Of a DNA stretch of 64,000 nt, positions 36,438-47,105 are shown piece by piece; positions within the stretch are counted from its first letter, which is position 1, and every line of letters begins with the position of its first letter. The stretch is from the NCBI GenBank assembly GCA_963701855.1, contig CAVPBK010000006.1:416001-480000 (forward strand), read 5' to 3'. The DNA comes from Nitrospirota bacterium (lineage in GTDB: Bacteria > Nitrospirota > Nitrospiria > Nitrospirales > Nitrospiraceae). The translations under genes and the position numbers were made by a program. Under the pieces are notes generated by a model. The model made no database searches. It was not told the DNA's origin and saw only the letters and a program-made list of their open reading frames with translations.

Positions 36438-39400
36438 CTACTCGCATTGATCCACCGATACTCCAACCTGTCGCCAGGCAGATCTTACTTTGCATTTATA
36501 ATCAGAAATGTTGTCACCATAGTATCTGGGTCCCACTATGGAAACCGCAGTAACCATTTCAGCAGCAAATTGTTCAAATGTTGGCTTGTACGAAATACGA
36601 CCTTGGCGACGGAGTTGTTTTAAAGTCTCAAAATATACTTCCGCCCAGAAGTCCCTCTCATCTTCTCTGATTAATTTTGTCGCCACTAGATTGGGGATGC
36701 TACTATTTATATGAGCGATATTTACACCGTTCCAGGTTTCTTCACCGTTAGGAGTATTCTGTTTCTCCATACATGCTCTATTTACTTTGCTGCTCGCATC
36801 CGACGGTTGAGGATAATGTTTGGTTTTAAATATGCTGGGAGGATCGATTTGATTGTAACCTGACTTTCCAGGATTCCTAAGATCGCGCGCTTCTACTCCA
36901 AGGGCGAGTTCCCCAATTTTCCATGCTTCTCCACTACTACCGATGACGTGATGTCCCGGAACTGACATACGCATTAGGACTGAAAAGATGTCAGCGAGGG
37001 ACTCTTCTATGGCTCCAGGTATCTCGCCATTTTCCCCGGTGCAGGAATTCACGCCTCGACCGTTTCGGACGATTTGGCTAATTACAAAGTGACTGTATTC
37101 ATGCATCAATATGCTTAAATCGTTAGCGATGGAAGAATTGCCTATGGCGAAATAACCGCCCATCCAAGCAGCATTTCTCTGCAGATTTAAATTTTTTGGC
37201 TCGTACAAAATTTTCAACGGATCACTAAAATAGTCGGTCTTTGATCCTGTAACACTATCTTTTTTATGCCAGCCTAAATTATTTCTAAAATATCTATACG
37301 ACCTTCTCAAATTAGCGATTGCTGCAAGTCCATCAGGAATATTATGACTCCAACGTCCATTTCGTTGCGTTATTCGCTCGGCACTTAATGGAAGATCCGA
37401 TGCATACGAGCCTGCGACACTGGAAGTTGGTAAGGCGGCGCTATCAAAAAACAGATGGATTTCGGCTTCGCGAGGTTCTCCCTTGTCACCCATGGACCAT
37501 TCATCTGGAGCCTCAGCCGGCAACAACTGGATTTCTACTCCTTGAGCCACTACAGAACCGTTTGCAAATGAAGGAGAAGGACCTTCGAGCGGATGATTAA
37601 GTGTTTCGTGAGTAAGGGCATCAGTGTAGAAATCAAAGTTCGTATTAGCATTGTTTGATTTTATGACCTCAGCTTCAGCTACCAGGCCCCAAGCGGGTCG
37701 CCAAATCATTGTATTTGTCCTAATAAATACCGGCCACTGCACATATACCGGCCACGATACCGGCAACCGCTTTTTGTATGGTGATAAAGAACTATTTTCG
37801 TATTTTGCGCTAAAAGGAGAAACTCCGGAGCGGTAGAGTGCACGTATTGCAGCCAGATCGGATGTCAAAAGCGGTTTCCCTACTATGTCAACTATTACAT
37901 TGTCCTTGGAGATGTGAACGCTGATGCATGGACCATCAATTCTGGCTCCATCAAAAAAATACTCGTAAAACAGATAATGATCATCGTTGAAAGTGTCGCT
38001 ATTAGTCCATTTAATTACCAGATCTTCCTTCGTATCAAGTATGACATCTTGCGTGTCTTCAATAAGTGTCGTATTGAGTATGTCCAACGCCGCCTCATTT
38101 AAACCCGACTCTACATAATCTTGGATAAAATCTCTGTACTGAGCATCTAATATAGCCCGGTTGATTCGCGCACGCCTTTCCTTTGGAGGCAGACCCGCTA
38201 GTATGTCCAAAATGTTTGTCGGCAGCTTTCCTCTGTTCGGGAGATCAAAATGTGCTATCGCCTCATTCAAGACTGCGATTAGACGCTCACCTTCCTTTAA
38301 ATCACGGAGGAGGTCTTGTTTCGCTAAATAGAGTCCCTTCAAAACCGACGACAGAGGGTCATCAGCCGTCATTACGGTGGCTAATAGTTTGCCAGCATCC
38401 CTCACATCGGTACTGTCGAGAAAAGGAGAGGCCTTCACACCTTGGTCAAGGCCAAGGATGACAAATTGTGAACCTCCAAACATCACTTCCAGCTTAAGCT
38501 GAGGATATAATTTTGCTAGTTCTGCTGTTAAACGATTTTCGTCTTCTGACCGTGATGTTCCTTTTAACGAAGAGGATTTCGCAGACCCCAAAATAGTTCT
38601 TCCATATTCCCTTATAAGCTTCAGTTTCGTAGCTTTTCCATAAAGAGTGGTTAGCGGGATAGAGGAAGTTATAATGGTAAGCGGTCGTCGGAGTTCTAGG
38701 TGCCTTTCCTGACCGAAGCCACCGATTATACTGATTCGTTCTGCCTCTCCAATATGCGACTCTAAAATCAATTCCAGGTTGTCTTTGAAAAGATCAAGGC
38801 AAGGTTGTTGAAGATCAAGAAGATTATCAACACTCCATTCAAGCACTTTTTGAGTTCTGAACCTGGTGATCGTATAATTTTTGAACTCGATCCTGGAGGT
38901 CACCAATCTGCTGCCGTCAGACAACGTGCCGATTTCTAGAAAGCGTTTGTCCCCTAAAGCGCGGGCCTCGGCGAGTACCTTCGAAGTGTCAAGATCACTA
39001 AGCGTTTTGGCAGCATATCCAATTTCTGTACTATAGACTATTGGGAGTTTATAACCTTCTTTTGGATTTCCACTGCCATCTGGATAATGTGGATGGTTGC
39101 AAGCCTGAACATGAAGATCATAGAGAGGAGTAACTTCTCCATTTGGCATCTTCATTATTATAGTGCCGGGGGGAAATATCCCTGAAAGTGGCGCTCCTTT
39201 GTAATTAATTCTTTCAAGTGCTTCATCTTCACGGAATGCGATTTCCCCGATCAATGGACTATTGGGCCGGCTCTTGATTCCCACTTCAAGGGAAATCTTG
39301 ATTATTTTTGGCAATTCTTTTTTTCGAGGAAAACCTTCGAAAAAGTCGTTGTAAATGTTACGGGAATACCCTTCCCACTGATCTTTATTTTGGAAAGTGA

Positions 39401-39866
39401 ACGGGTGAGTTTCACCTAACGTATATATCAAGGTGTCCTCGAAGAATGGTACACCTGAGTCAAAGGTCAGAATAACCCGTAGCGCAGGAGGCTCCGAGGT
39501 TTTATCCCTTAAGTCGAGTTCAAGAATAGGAAAGTTTTGAGGATCAATATTAATAGATTTAGAAATTCTCAATACTTTCCCATCTGGGACCATCTTTAGA
39601 AATTTCGAATCGCCTTGCCTTATAATTCCGGTGCCATTGTTGAATTTTCCCGCCTCTAATTTCCAGCCGCTAGGTAGCAATCCACTCCCCGAGTGGTTCC
39701 AATCTTCAATGATGACTGTTCGGCTTGTACTAGAAGCGACGGCGTGAGAGGTCGCTAATGGCAGGACACCGATTAGTAGAAGAGCAAAAATGGAGTGCAG
39801 AGACAAATGCTTTCGCCGAATCCACCAGGCGTAAATTTTAAGCATCGTCATTAGTTCGGGGGCCAA
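36438..39866 (-). CDS. Large secreted protein with a C-terminal thermolysin-like (M4) metallopeptidase domain
   Basis: NAAWMG, HEYSH, GAIEESLAD, AHINSSIPN; signal peptide; start probably ATG 39851 or 39845. Confidence 0.85.
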   Translation of the reverse strand: MAPELMTMLKIYAWWIRRKHLSLHSIFALLLIGVLPLATSHAVASSTSRTVIIEDWNHSGSGLLPSGWKLEAGKFNNGTGIIRQGDSKFLKMVPDGKVLRISKSINIDPQNFPILELDLRDKTSEPPALRVILTFDSGVPFFEDTLIYTLGETHPFTFQNKDQWEGYSRNIYNDFFEGFPRKKELPKIIKISLEVGIKSRPNSPLIGEIAFREDEALERINYKGAPLSGIFPPGTIIMKMPNGEVTPLYDLHVQACNHPHYPDGSGNPKEGYKLPIVYSTEIGYAAKTLSDLDTSKVLAEARALGDKRFLEIGTLSDGSRLVTSRIEFKNYTITRFRTQKVLEWSVDNLLDLQQPCLDLFKDNLELILESHIGEAERISIIGGFGQERHLELRRPLTIITSSIPLTTLYGKATKLKLIREYGRTILGSAKSSSLKGTSRSEDENRLTAELAKLYPQLKLEVMFGGSQFVILGLDQGVKASPFLDSTDVRDAGKLLATVMTADDPLSSVLKGLYLAKQDLLRDLKEGERLIAVLNEAIAHFDLPNRGKLPTNILDILAGLPPKERRARINRAILDAQYRDFIQDYVESGLNEAALDILNTTLIEDTQDVILDTKEDLVIKWTNSDTFNDDHYLFYEYFFDGARIDGPCISVHISKDNVIVDIVGKPLLTSDLAAIRALYRSGVSPFSAKYENSSLSPYKKRLPVSWPVYVQWPVFIRTNTMIWRPAWGLVAEAEVIKSNNANTNFDFYTDALTHETLNHPLEGPSPSFANGSVVAQGVEIQLLPAEAPDEWSMGDKGEPREAEIHLFFDSAALPTSSVAGSYASDLPLSAERITQRNGRWSHNIPDGLAAIANLRRSYRYFRNNLGWHKKDSVTGSKTDYFSDPLKILYEPKNLNLQRNAAWMGGYFAIGNSSIANDLSILMHEYSHFVISQIVRNGRGVNSCTGENGEIPGAIEESLADIFSVLMRMSVPGHHVIGSSGEAWKIGELALGVEARDLRNPGKSGYNQIDPPSIFKTKHYPQPSDASSKVNRACMEKQNTPNGEETWNGVNIAHINSSIPNLVATKLIREDERDFWAEVYFETLKQLRRQGRISYKPTFEQFAAEMVTAVSIVGPRYYGDNISDYKCKVRSAWRQVGVSVDQCE

Positions 39867-39886
39867 ATTATACGCGAATAAAAAAA

Positions 39887-40147
39887 TGACCAGCCGGGAG
39901 TTGTTGTACCACCTACCATGTTAGTCTTCCGCTCGCAAGCTGGATGGTTTCGGGAACGGGTGGCCGGCCTCCTAGACTGCCGTGCGGACGGACCGTGTTG
40001 TAGTGTCTCCGCCAGCGTTCCGTCATGATCTGCGCTTCCTTGAGTGTATAGAACAGTTCCCCGTCGAGAAACTGCGCCCTCATTTTCCCATTGAACGATT
40101 CGATATAGCCGTTTTCCCATGGCGAGCCCGGATCGATGTAGAGAGGC
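39887..40147 (-). mobile_element. IS3-family fragment (OrfB C-terminus and terminal inverted repeat)
   Basis: Manual translation YIDPGSPWENGYIESFNGKMR...YNTVRPHGSLG; ends ...GCTGGTCA. Confidence 0.85.
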
Positions 40148-40429
40148 TACAGGTTCGGTTCGCATACCATTTCACTGATCCGCCAGCAATGCCTTTCGTG
40201 GGTGGTCACTGTGGTCCTCATCGAGCCGTGTTTGCGCCAATTCAACAGGCACCGCCATCTGCCGCTGTTGCTCGCGGCTTTGCAGAATGAATGATGACAA
40301 AGATGATATATCACTACAACGAGTGAATAAGGACGATTTTATAATAACTTAGTATGACAAAGAGTATAGAGCCATTATGAAAGCCGACGATTAAATTAGA
40401 TATAGAACCATGAGGTCTGAATCCTCATT

Positions 40430-41684
40430 TGTTGTGCCCCACTTAATATTTGGACAGGTCTCATAAGGCAGGCGGGCTAAATGGACACCGTGATGAAACC
40501 TGTCCAGAATGGGCGTGGTCGCAGGCGGCAGTGGAGCCGTGAGCAGAACACTGACGGTGTTGCAGGAGTGGCAGGCTGGGGTGCCGTGGGAAGAGATCTG
40601 CCGGAAGTATGCGGTGAACGCGGCGCAGAGGTATCGCTGGAAGCGCCGCCTCGACCACGGGCTCAAAGACTCGGGCAAGGTGGTGCCGAAGAGTCTCGTG
40701 GGCGGGCGACAGAAGCGGGTCGACGAACTCGAACGAGCCGTGGGACGGAAGGCCTTGGAGGTGGACGTGTTCAAACAAACCTTCGAGCGCAAGGGGCTTA
40801 TTACATTACCCGAGGAGATGTACGGGGGTTACCGCGCACGACGGGCGGCTCCGTGGCCATGGTCTGCCGAGTCTTGGGCCAGCCGCGGCGTTGGCGGTAC
40901 GACCGACGGCGCTCGAGGCGCGGGCGACCACTCCGGCGCCCGGAGCTCAAAGAGAGCGTCCGGCACCTTCTGGGAGCGAGCCCCCCACCTACGGCTACCG
41001 GCGGATCCCTGCACGGCTCAAGCGACGCGGGGTGGCGTGCAATCCCCAAACGGGGTGGCGAGTACTGCGGCGACGGGGAGGCTCTCGACCAGTCGGAGCC
41101 GCATCATCCGGTCTGGGCGGCGACACGACGGGCGCGGGCACGTATCCGAACCTAATCGGCGCTGGGCGTCCGACCTTACCAGTATCCGAGCGTGGGATGG
41201 ACCGTAGGGCCGCTTGGCCCTCATGATCGACTGCGCGGACCGCATGGTAGGGGTGTGGCGGTTTGCCACGCGCATGACGGCCGACGATCTCGCCGAGCTG
41301 CTGCGGGAAGCGATCTGGCACCGGTTTGGGGGAGCGCGGCCCCACGCACGAGGAATCGAATGCCTCAGCGACAAGGGGCCGGAGTCCACTGCGCATCGGG
41401 TTCGGCCGTTCGTGCGAGCCATGGGCCTTCTCCCGTGCCACACGCCCCGACGGAGTCCGGAGTCAAACGGCTTGGCGGAGGCGTTCGTTGGGCGCGTCAA
41501 GCGGGACGATGTCGATCAGGCGTGTCTCGAGCCGGTGGAAGACGGAGCGCGTCAACTCCCGGGGTGGATCACAATCACGAGGCCCCGCACAGCGCCGTGG
41601 GCATGCAGTCGCCAGCCGAGTGCGCTGCGGCGTAGCTAGTCAGAACCAAGACTCGACCTGTCCACAATTAGGTGGGGCAGTACA
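40430..41684 (+). mobile_element. Degenerate IS3-family element (~1255 bp)
   Basis: IRs TGTTGTGCCCCACTTAATATTTGGACAGG / TGTACTGCCCCACCTAATTGTGGACAGG; OrfA HTH, YGYRRI, WASDLT, SPESNGLAEAF; frameshifts and a stop. Confidence 0.88.
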
Positions 41685-42132
41685 GTTGCACAGTCCGTAT
41701 CTTTTCCCAAGCCCATTAACGACCGGTCGGCCTATGCAAGGACGAAATTTCGTAGTCAAAATGTATGAGCCAGCATTAAAGAAGGCCGGAATCGAAGGAG
41801 CAAATTGGCATACCCTGCGACACACGTTTGCCAGCCGAGCAGTCATGGCAGGTGTCGACATTCGGACGGTCCAAGAACTCATGGGCCATTCCACAATCAC
41901 AATGACTATGCGATACGCACATCTCTCCCCTGCTCACCTGAGAGCGGCGGTCAACAAAGCTAGTCTGCACATGCCTTCTGTAACAGTTATCGAAACCGTG
42001 AGTTCAGGCAAGAGGGTCAGTCCTGAGACTTCTCAGGATAACGTAGAAATAAATGAAATGATTCCGGAAAGTGTTGGAGGCGCCGAGCGGGGTCGAACCG
42101 CTGCATCGCAGTTTTGCAGACTGCTCCCTTAA
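41685..42132 (+). pseudogene. C-terminal fragment of the tRNA-Cys island integrase, truncated by the IS3 element
   Basis: WHTLRHTFASR, LMGHS, MRYAH; begins at the IS end. Confidence 0.85.
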
Positions 42133-42150
42133 CCACTTGGGTACGGCGCC
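42075..42150 (-). tRNA. tRNA-Cys(GCA)
   Basis: GGCGCCGTACCCAAGTGGTTAAGGGAGCAGTCTGCAAAACTGCGATGCAGCGGTTCGACCCCGCTCGGCGCCTCCA. Confidence 0.97.
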
Positions 42151-42200
42151 CTAGGCACGCATTATAGTCTGGACAAGGGGAGAGAGGCTAGAGGAACGAT

Positions 42201-43385
42201 CTACCGTTTACTGGAGAGGACAGGAATTTCTTTTCCGAGTGTCGAGGACCGATCTGATTCAGGCTCAAGGGACTCCCATCCTTCATTCGAGGGAGCAATG
42301 ACCGCCCCGTCTTCTTCAGCATCTTTTTCCTTCGCCATCAGCTCGACCTCGTAAATCAGCGTATCCATCAATTCTTCGATCGGCACTTTTCGGACGAGCT
42401 TGCCCTTCTTGAACAGGATGCCTTTGCCTTCGCCGCCGGCAATTCCGATATCCGCTTCCTTCCCCTCGCCGATCCCGTTCACGACACAGCCGAGGACTGA
42501 CACATTGAGCGGGGTTTTGATATGGCCCAGCTTCTTTTCCAATTCGTTGGCCAATTTCACGACGTCGATCTCGACGCGGCCACAGGTGGGACAGGCAATG
42601 ACATTGATCCCTCGATGGCGCAGTTCAAGCGATTTCAAAATCTCGAACCCCACCTTCACTTCTTCGACCGGATCGGCAGCGAGCGACACGCGCAAGGTAT
42701 CGCCGATGCCCTGCGAGAGTAAGTATCCCAACCCCATGGTGGATTTAACAGCCCCGGTCATTGCCGTTCCCGCCTCTGTAATACCGATGTGCACCGGATA
42801 ATCGGACTGGTGCGCAAACAACCAATAGGCATCGATCGCATGGTGCACATCCGACGCCTTCAGCGACACCTTCATGTTCGTGAATCCCACGTCTTCTAAC
42901 GCGTGGACGGCATTGAGCGCCGATTCAGCCAAGGCTTCCGGGGATGGCCAGCCGTACTTATCCAGCAACGGCCGCTCGAGCGACCCGCCATTTACGCCGA
43001 TGCGCAAAGGAATGCCCCGCTCGTTCACGGCCTTGATGACCTCTTCGACTTTCCACCAGGCCCCGATGTTGCCGGGGTTGATCCGGACGCAGTCCACGAC
43101 CGCAGCTGCTTTCAATGCCAGTCGATGGTCAAAATGGATATCTGCGATCAGCGGCACGGTCATTGCCGCTTTGATCTTGGGAAGCACTGCCGCCGCTGCA
43201 TCGTCCGGCACGGCGACGCGGATCACTTCGCACCCTGCGGCTTCCAGCTGGCGAATTTGCTCGATCGTCGCCGCAGTATCGCGCGTATCGGTCGAACACA
43301 TCGACTGCACGGACACGGGCGCATCTCCACCGATCTTGAGCTTGCCGACCGTGATCTGTTTGGTTTTTCGTCTGGTAATGTGCAT
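42201..43385 (-). CDS. ispG: HMBPP synthase
   Basis: VSVQSM, ADIHFD, RINPGNIG, CPTCGR, GCVVNG.GE. Confidence 0.96.
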   Translation of the reverse strand: MHITRRKTKQITVGKLKIGGDAPVSVQSMCSTDTRDTAATIEQIRQLEAAGCEVIRVAVPDDAAAAVLPKIKAAMTVPLIADIHFDHRLALKAAAVVDCVRINPGNIGAWWKVEEVIKAVNERGIPLRIGVNGGSLERPLLDKYGWPSPEALAESALNAVHALEDVGFTNMKVSLKASDVHHAIDAYWLFAHQSDYPVHIGITEAGTAMTGAVKSTMGLGYLLSQGIGDTLRVSLAADPVEEVKVGFEILKSLELRHRGINVIACPTCGRVEIDVVKLANELEKKLGHIKTPLNVSVLGCVVNGIGEGKEADIGIAGGEGKGILFKKGKLVRKVPIEELMDTLIYEVELMAKEKDAEEDGAVIAPSNEGWESLEPESDRSSTLGKEIPVLSSKR

Positions 43386-43604
43386 CGTGTTTTTTGTTGC
43401 CTTCGTTGTAACTGCTCAGGTGTTCAGGCTGAAGGCTGAAGGCTATAAATGATCTCGCAGAGTACGAACCTAGCCATTCAGCACCTTCCCGGTTTCTACG
43501 GCCTTGGGTTCAAACAGAGATGAATCCTCGTTGCGCAAAAACCCAACCCCTAAAAACATTCAGCCTATCTACCTGAGTCGCTACCCCTCGTTTCGCGCCT
43601 TCAA

Positions 43605-45554
43605 TCAGCTTCCCTGTTCATCTCCGTGCGGCAGCCGATCGGTCGATGAAGTCAGGGTGAACTCCTCTCGTGAGGAGGCCGGTGTCTTGTCGATGAGTTC
43701 CTTCACGCTTTGATAAATGCCTTCCGCCGTCAGCCCATATCGTTCACGCAGGAAGTCCTGCGGCCCTTGCTCGATGTACCGATCCGGCAATCCCAAGACC
43801 TTCGTCGTCACGTTCGTCACGCCGCCGTCGGATAGTGCTTCGAGCACGGCTGAGCCGAATCCACCCATCTTGCAGCCTTCCTCAACCGTCACCACATAGC
43901 GAACGCGCTTGGCTACCTTGACGATCAAGTCCTGATCCAGTGGCTTCACGAAACGCGCATTCACTACCGCTGTGGATATACCTTCTTCTTCAAGCTGTTT
44001 CGCCGCCGTCACCGCATGCGAGACCGGCACACCAATGGCCACGATCGCCACCTCCGTGCCATCGCGCAACAACTCGCCCTTCCCGATCGGCAACACCTTC
44101 GGCTCCTGATCCATCGTGACGCCCAAGGTCAACCCGCGCGGATACCGCACCGAGGCAGGCCCGTCATACTGGATGCATGTTTTCAACATATGCTGCAATT
44201 CATTTTCATCCTTCGGCGCCATGACGACCATATTCGGCATGTGGCGCAGAAACGCATAATCGAATGCGCCGTGGTGCGTTGTCCCGTCTTCCGCAACCAG
44301 CCCTCCACGATCGATACAAAAGGTCACCGGGAGATTTTGCGTGGCGACATCATGCACGACCTGGTCGTACGCGCGCTGTAAAAAAGTGGCATACATCGCC
44401 ACCACCGGGCGGAGGCCTTGCGTCGCAAGACCCGCAGCAAATGTTACCGCGTGCTGTTCGGCAATTCCCACGTCGTAGAGCCGGTCCGGAAATTCCTTTT
44501 CGAAAACATTGAGACCGGTCCCTTCGCACATCGCAGCCGTAATCGCGACGATCCGCTTGTCCGCTCGAGCCAGCTTCACCAACGATTCGATGGCGATCTG
44601 CGTATAGGACGGCCGCGCCGCTTTCTTCGCCGGGGCTCCGGTTTCCCGAACAAACGGCGGGCAGGCATGGAACCATACCGGATTCTTCACCGCAGGCTCA
44701 TAGCCCAGCCCTTTTTTCGTAATAACATGGAGCAATACCGGCCCCTTCATCTTCAGCACATTTTCCAAGGTGGGCAGCAGGTGCTCGAAATTATGCCCGT
44801 CAATCGGCCCTGTATAGGTGAACCCAAGCTCTTCAAAAAGCAGCCCGGGGAGGATCGCTCCTTTGGCCAGCTCTTCAGCCCGGCGAGCCCACTTCTGCAT
44901 ATCTGATCCAATATGGGGAATCTTCCTCAACAGTTGTCCGGTTTCCTCCCGCATCTTGCCATAAAACTCGCCGGTAAAAGTCCGGTTCAAATAGGAGGAA
45001 ATGGCCCCCACGTTCTTCGAGATGGACATTTGATTGTCGTTCAGAATGACCAGGAAATCTTTCCCCAGCCCTCCGGCATGATGCAGGCCTTCCAGCGTCA
45101 TACCAGCCGTCATAGCGCCATCGCCGACGATGCAGACGACCTTGTGTCGCTGTTTCAACTGCTCACGCGCTTCAACCATACCGTAGGCCGCGGATACGCC
45201 GGTTCCTGCATGGCCTGCGTTGAATGTATCGTAGGCGCTCTCTTCGCGTTTGGTGAACCCGCTCAACCCCCCGTACTGTCGAAGTGTGTGAAATCGTTCT
45301 CGACGCCCGGTGAGTAGTTTATGCGCATAGGCTTGATTACTCGTGTCCCATACGATCTTATCCTTTGGAGGATTGAGCAAGGAGTGCAATGCCACTGTGA
45401 GTTCAATCACTCCAAGGTTCGAGGCGAGGTGCCCTCCGACGTTGGACACCACGCCGATAATCTGTTCGCGCAGTTCCTGACACAAGGCAGGAAACTGCGT
45501 CGGTGACAGCCGCTTCAGATCAGCTGGGCCTTGAATGGTCTTTAAGATTGACAT
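43605..45554 (-). CDS. dxs: 1-deoxy-D-xylulose-5-phosphate synthase
   Basis: GGHLASNLG, GDGAMT, DVGIAEQHA, DGTTH. Confidence 0.96.
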   Translation of the reverse strand: MSILKTIQGPADLKRLSPTQFPALCQELREQIIGVVSNVGGHLASNLGVIELTVALHSLLNPPKDKIVWDTSNQAYAHKLLTGRRERFHTLRQYGGLSGFTKREESAYDTFNAGHAGTGVSAAYGMVEAREQLKQRHKVVCIVGDGAMTAGMTLEGLHHAGGLGKDFLVILNDNQMSISKNVGAISSYLNRTFTGEFYGKMREETGQLLRKIPHIGSDMQKWARRAEELAKGAILPGLLFEELGFTYTGPIDGHNFEHLLPTLENVLKMKGPVLLHVITKKGLGYEPAVKNPVWFHACPPFVRETGAPAKKAARPSYTQIAIESLVKLARADKRIVAITAAMCEGTGLNVFEKEFPDRLYDVGIAEQHAVTFAAGLATQGLRPVVAMYATFLQRAYDQVVHDVATQNLPVTFCIDRGGLVAEDGTTHHGAFDYAFLRHMPNMVVMAPKDENELQHMLKTCIQYDGPASVRYPRGLTLGVTMDQEPKVLPIGKGELLRDGTEVAIVAIGVPVSHAVTAAKQLEEEGISTAVVNARFVKPLDQDLIVKVAKRVRYVVTVEEGCKMGGFGSAVLEALSDGGVTNVTTKVLGLPDRYIEQGPQDFLRERYGLTAEGIYQSVKELIDKTPASSREEFTLTSSTDRLPHGDEQGS

Positions 45555-45717
45555 GGCGAATGCTCCTTTACGTCAATGCGTACGTCTATAACAATGAGCT
45601 GGCTCAGATAAGCATTGGCGAAGTGATGTGGCAGCTTAACCGCTGGCAGGAGGAAGTTTCACACGGAAGGCCTATGTTGTCAAGTGCTTAGCCATGAAGC
45701 TTAGCTCATTGACGATT

Positions 45718-46740
45718 CTAGCCTGGTTCGAACCGATAGGTGAGTACTGTTGAAAGGGTAAAGTCTGCAGCACTCCCGGTAATAAAATCGAGATTTTCCA
45801 CCCCGTACACTTGCCACAAGAACCGCGGGGCTACGCGATAGCTGAACCCCAGGACTGATTCTGTCACACCTTGGTCGAATACAGGTGAGCCGGTCCCGGA
45901 AAACGGCGACGAATAGTAGTCAAAGTGGGTCGTGATCGACAGGTTCTCCGACCATAAGTATTCAATGGCGGCAAGCCCGGACAGAGTGGGCCGTAAGCCA
46001 AAGCCTGCTATGGTGCCGGTCGGGACGACTCCAGTCATGTTCGCATAGAGTAGCCATCGGCCAGCCACAAGCTTTTCAGCCGCCAGACCCAAACCGAAAT
46101 CCGGACTCCCGCTTCCGAAAAAATCCGCTTGATTCCCCGTCGGTAACTTCACTGCGCCGCGGAGCGAAACAGCCGGCATCGCTGCCCCTTCCGTCAGGAG
46201 TTGATACTTACTCATCAGTGTTGTATCCCCCAACCCCATGGCGCCAGGACCTCCGCCCATGATTGTTTGTCCGTTTCGACTGACATTAAACAAGAAGCTG
46301 GAATTCTTAAACGCCGCTCGTGCCGGATTCTCGCCAGTCGTTGCCCGCTCGGTCGCAGTAATGGCTCCATTCATAAATCCCTGATACCGGTAGAGCACCG
46401 GTACTTCCAGCCCAAGCTCCAATTTGTCCGTGGCGCCATAACGAAGGAAGAGACCGGATCTGAGAGTTTCAAATTTAACGTTCACGTTGATCGGCGGCGT
46501 ATTATCATTATAGATACTCGCAGTCTCAGCAAGTTCCAACCGCACATCGACCGTACCCGGTTTCACGACGGCGGCACGATCGCCGGGAAGACTCAACACC
46601 AACTGCTGAAAGGCCTGGAAGTTTCTGACTGGGAATGGACCGAACCCCTCTGCCCTAACCGGTACAGGCTGGGGAAAGATGGAGAGAAGGAGTGCGGCTA
46701 AGACTACTTGATAAACCACCAACGATAACCGGACTTTCAC
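45718..46740 (-). CDS. Outer-membrane beta-barrel protein (DUF3187-like)
   Basis: Signal peptide, GLGD, KLPTG, GSGSPDFG, amphipathic strands, near-terminal YRF. Confidence 0.65.
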   Translation of the reverse strand: MKVRLSLVVYQVVLAALLLSIFPQPVPVRAEGFGPFPVRNFQAFQQLVLSLPGDRAAVVKPGTVDVRLELAETASIYNDNTPPINVNVKFETLRSGLFLRYGATDKLELGLEVPVLYRYQGFMNGAITATERATTGENPARAAFKNSSFLFNVSRNGQTIMGGGPGAMGLGDTTLMSKYQLLTEGAAMPAVSLRGAVKLPTGNQADFFGSGSPDFGLGLAAEKLVAGRWLLYANMTGVVPTGTIAGFGLRPTLSGLAAIEYLWSENLSITTHFDYYSSPFSGTGSPVFDQGVTESVLGFSYRVAPRFLWQVYGVENLDFITGSAADFTLSTVLTYRFEPG

Positions 46741-47105
46741 AGCATCCCCTGCCCCCCGGTAATCCAGGTTGATGAGCTTATCCCAGCCTCACAGCATTTG
46801 AGGACGCACCCATTCGCTGCAAGCTGACAGCCTACGTTCGTTAGCAGGCAGTCAATAGTAAACTCCGGATGATCCCAACAGGTCTGTTGCGTCTCAAGTG
46901 CCATAACGTGTTGCGCAAGGTAATGTGGGGAAGGGATGCGTGGCTATCCCTCAAGAGGTGGGGAGTTTACCTGAAATCGCGTTAATCGCAATACCAAATA
47001 GGGCCGATTCACCGCTGGGCCGCAGTCTGAATGAAAGGGAAAGGACGAATGCGGCGAGAACGCTGGAACAACATCATGGACCTGCATACCTAATGCGACT
47101 ACCCA

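Larger units (their letters stand above)
36096..42120. mobile_element. Decayed ~6-kb island in tRNA-Cys
   Basis: att repeats; AACCGTGAGT arm-like sites at 36261-36282 and 41994-42003; integrase remnant; IS3 pieces; AT-rich cargo. Confidence 0.88.

Noticed and set aside
39982..40290. 102-aa plus-strand ORF
   Set aside because: Antisense shadow of the IS3 OrfB fragment
46889..46903. Sigma54 promoter (TGGCAC-N7-GC) upstream of the DUF3187-like gene
   Set aside because: Spacing fits but the -12 TT is missing; too weak to call
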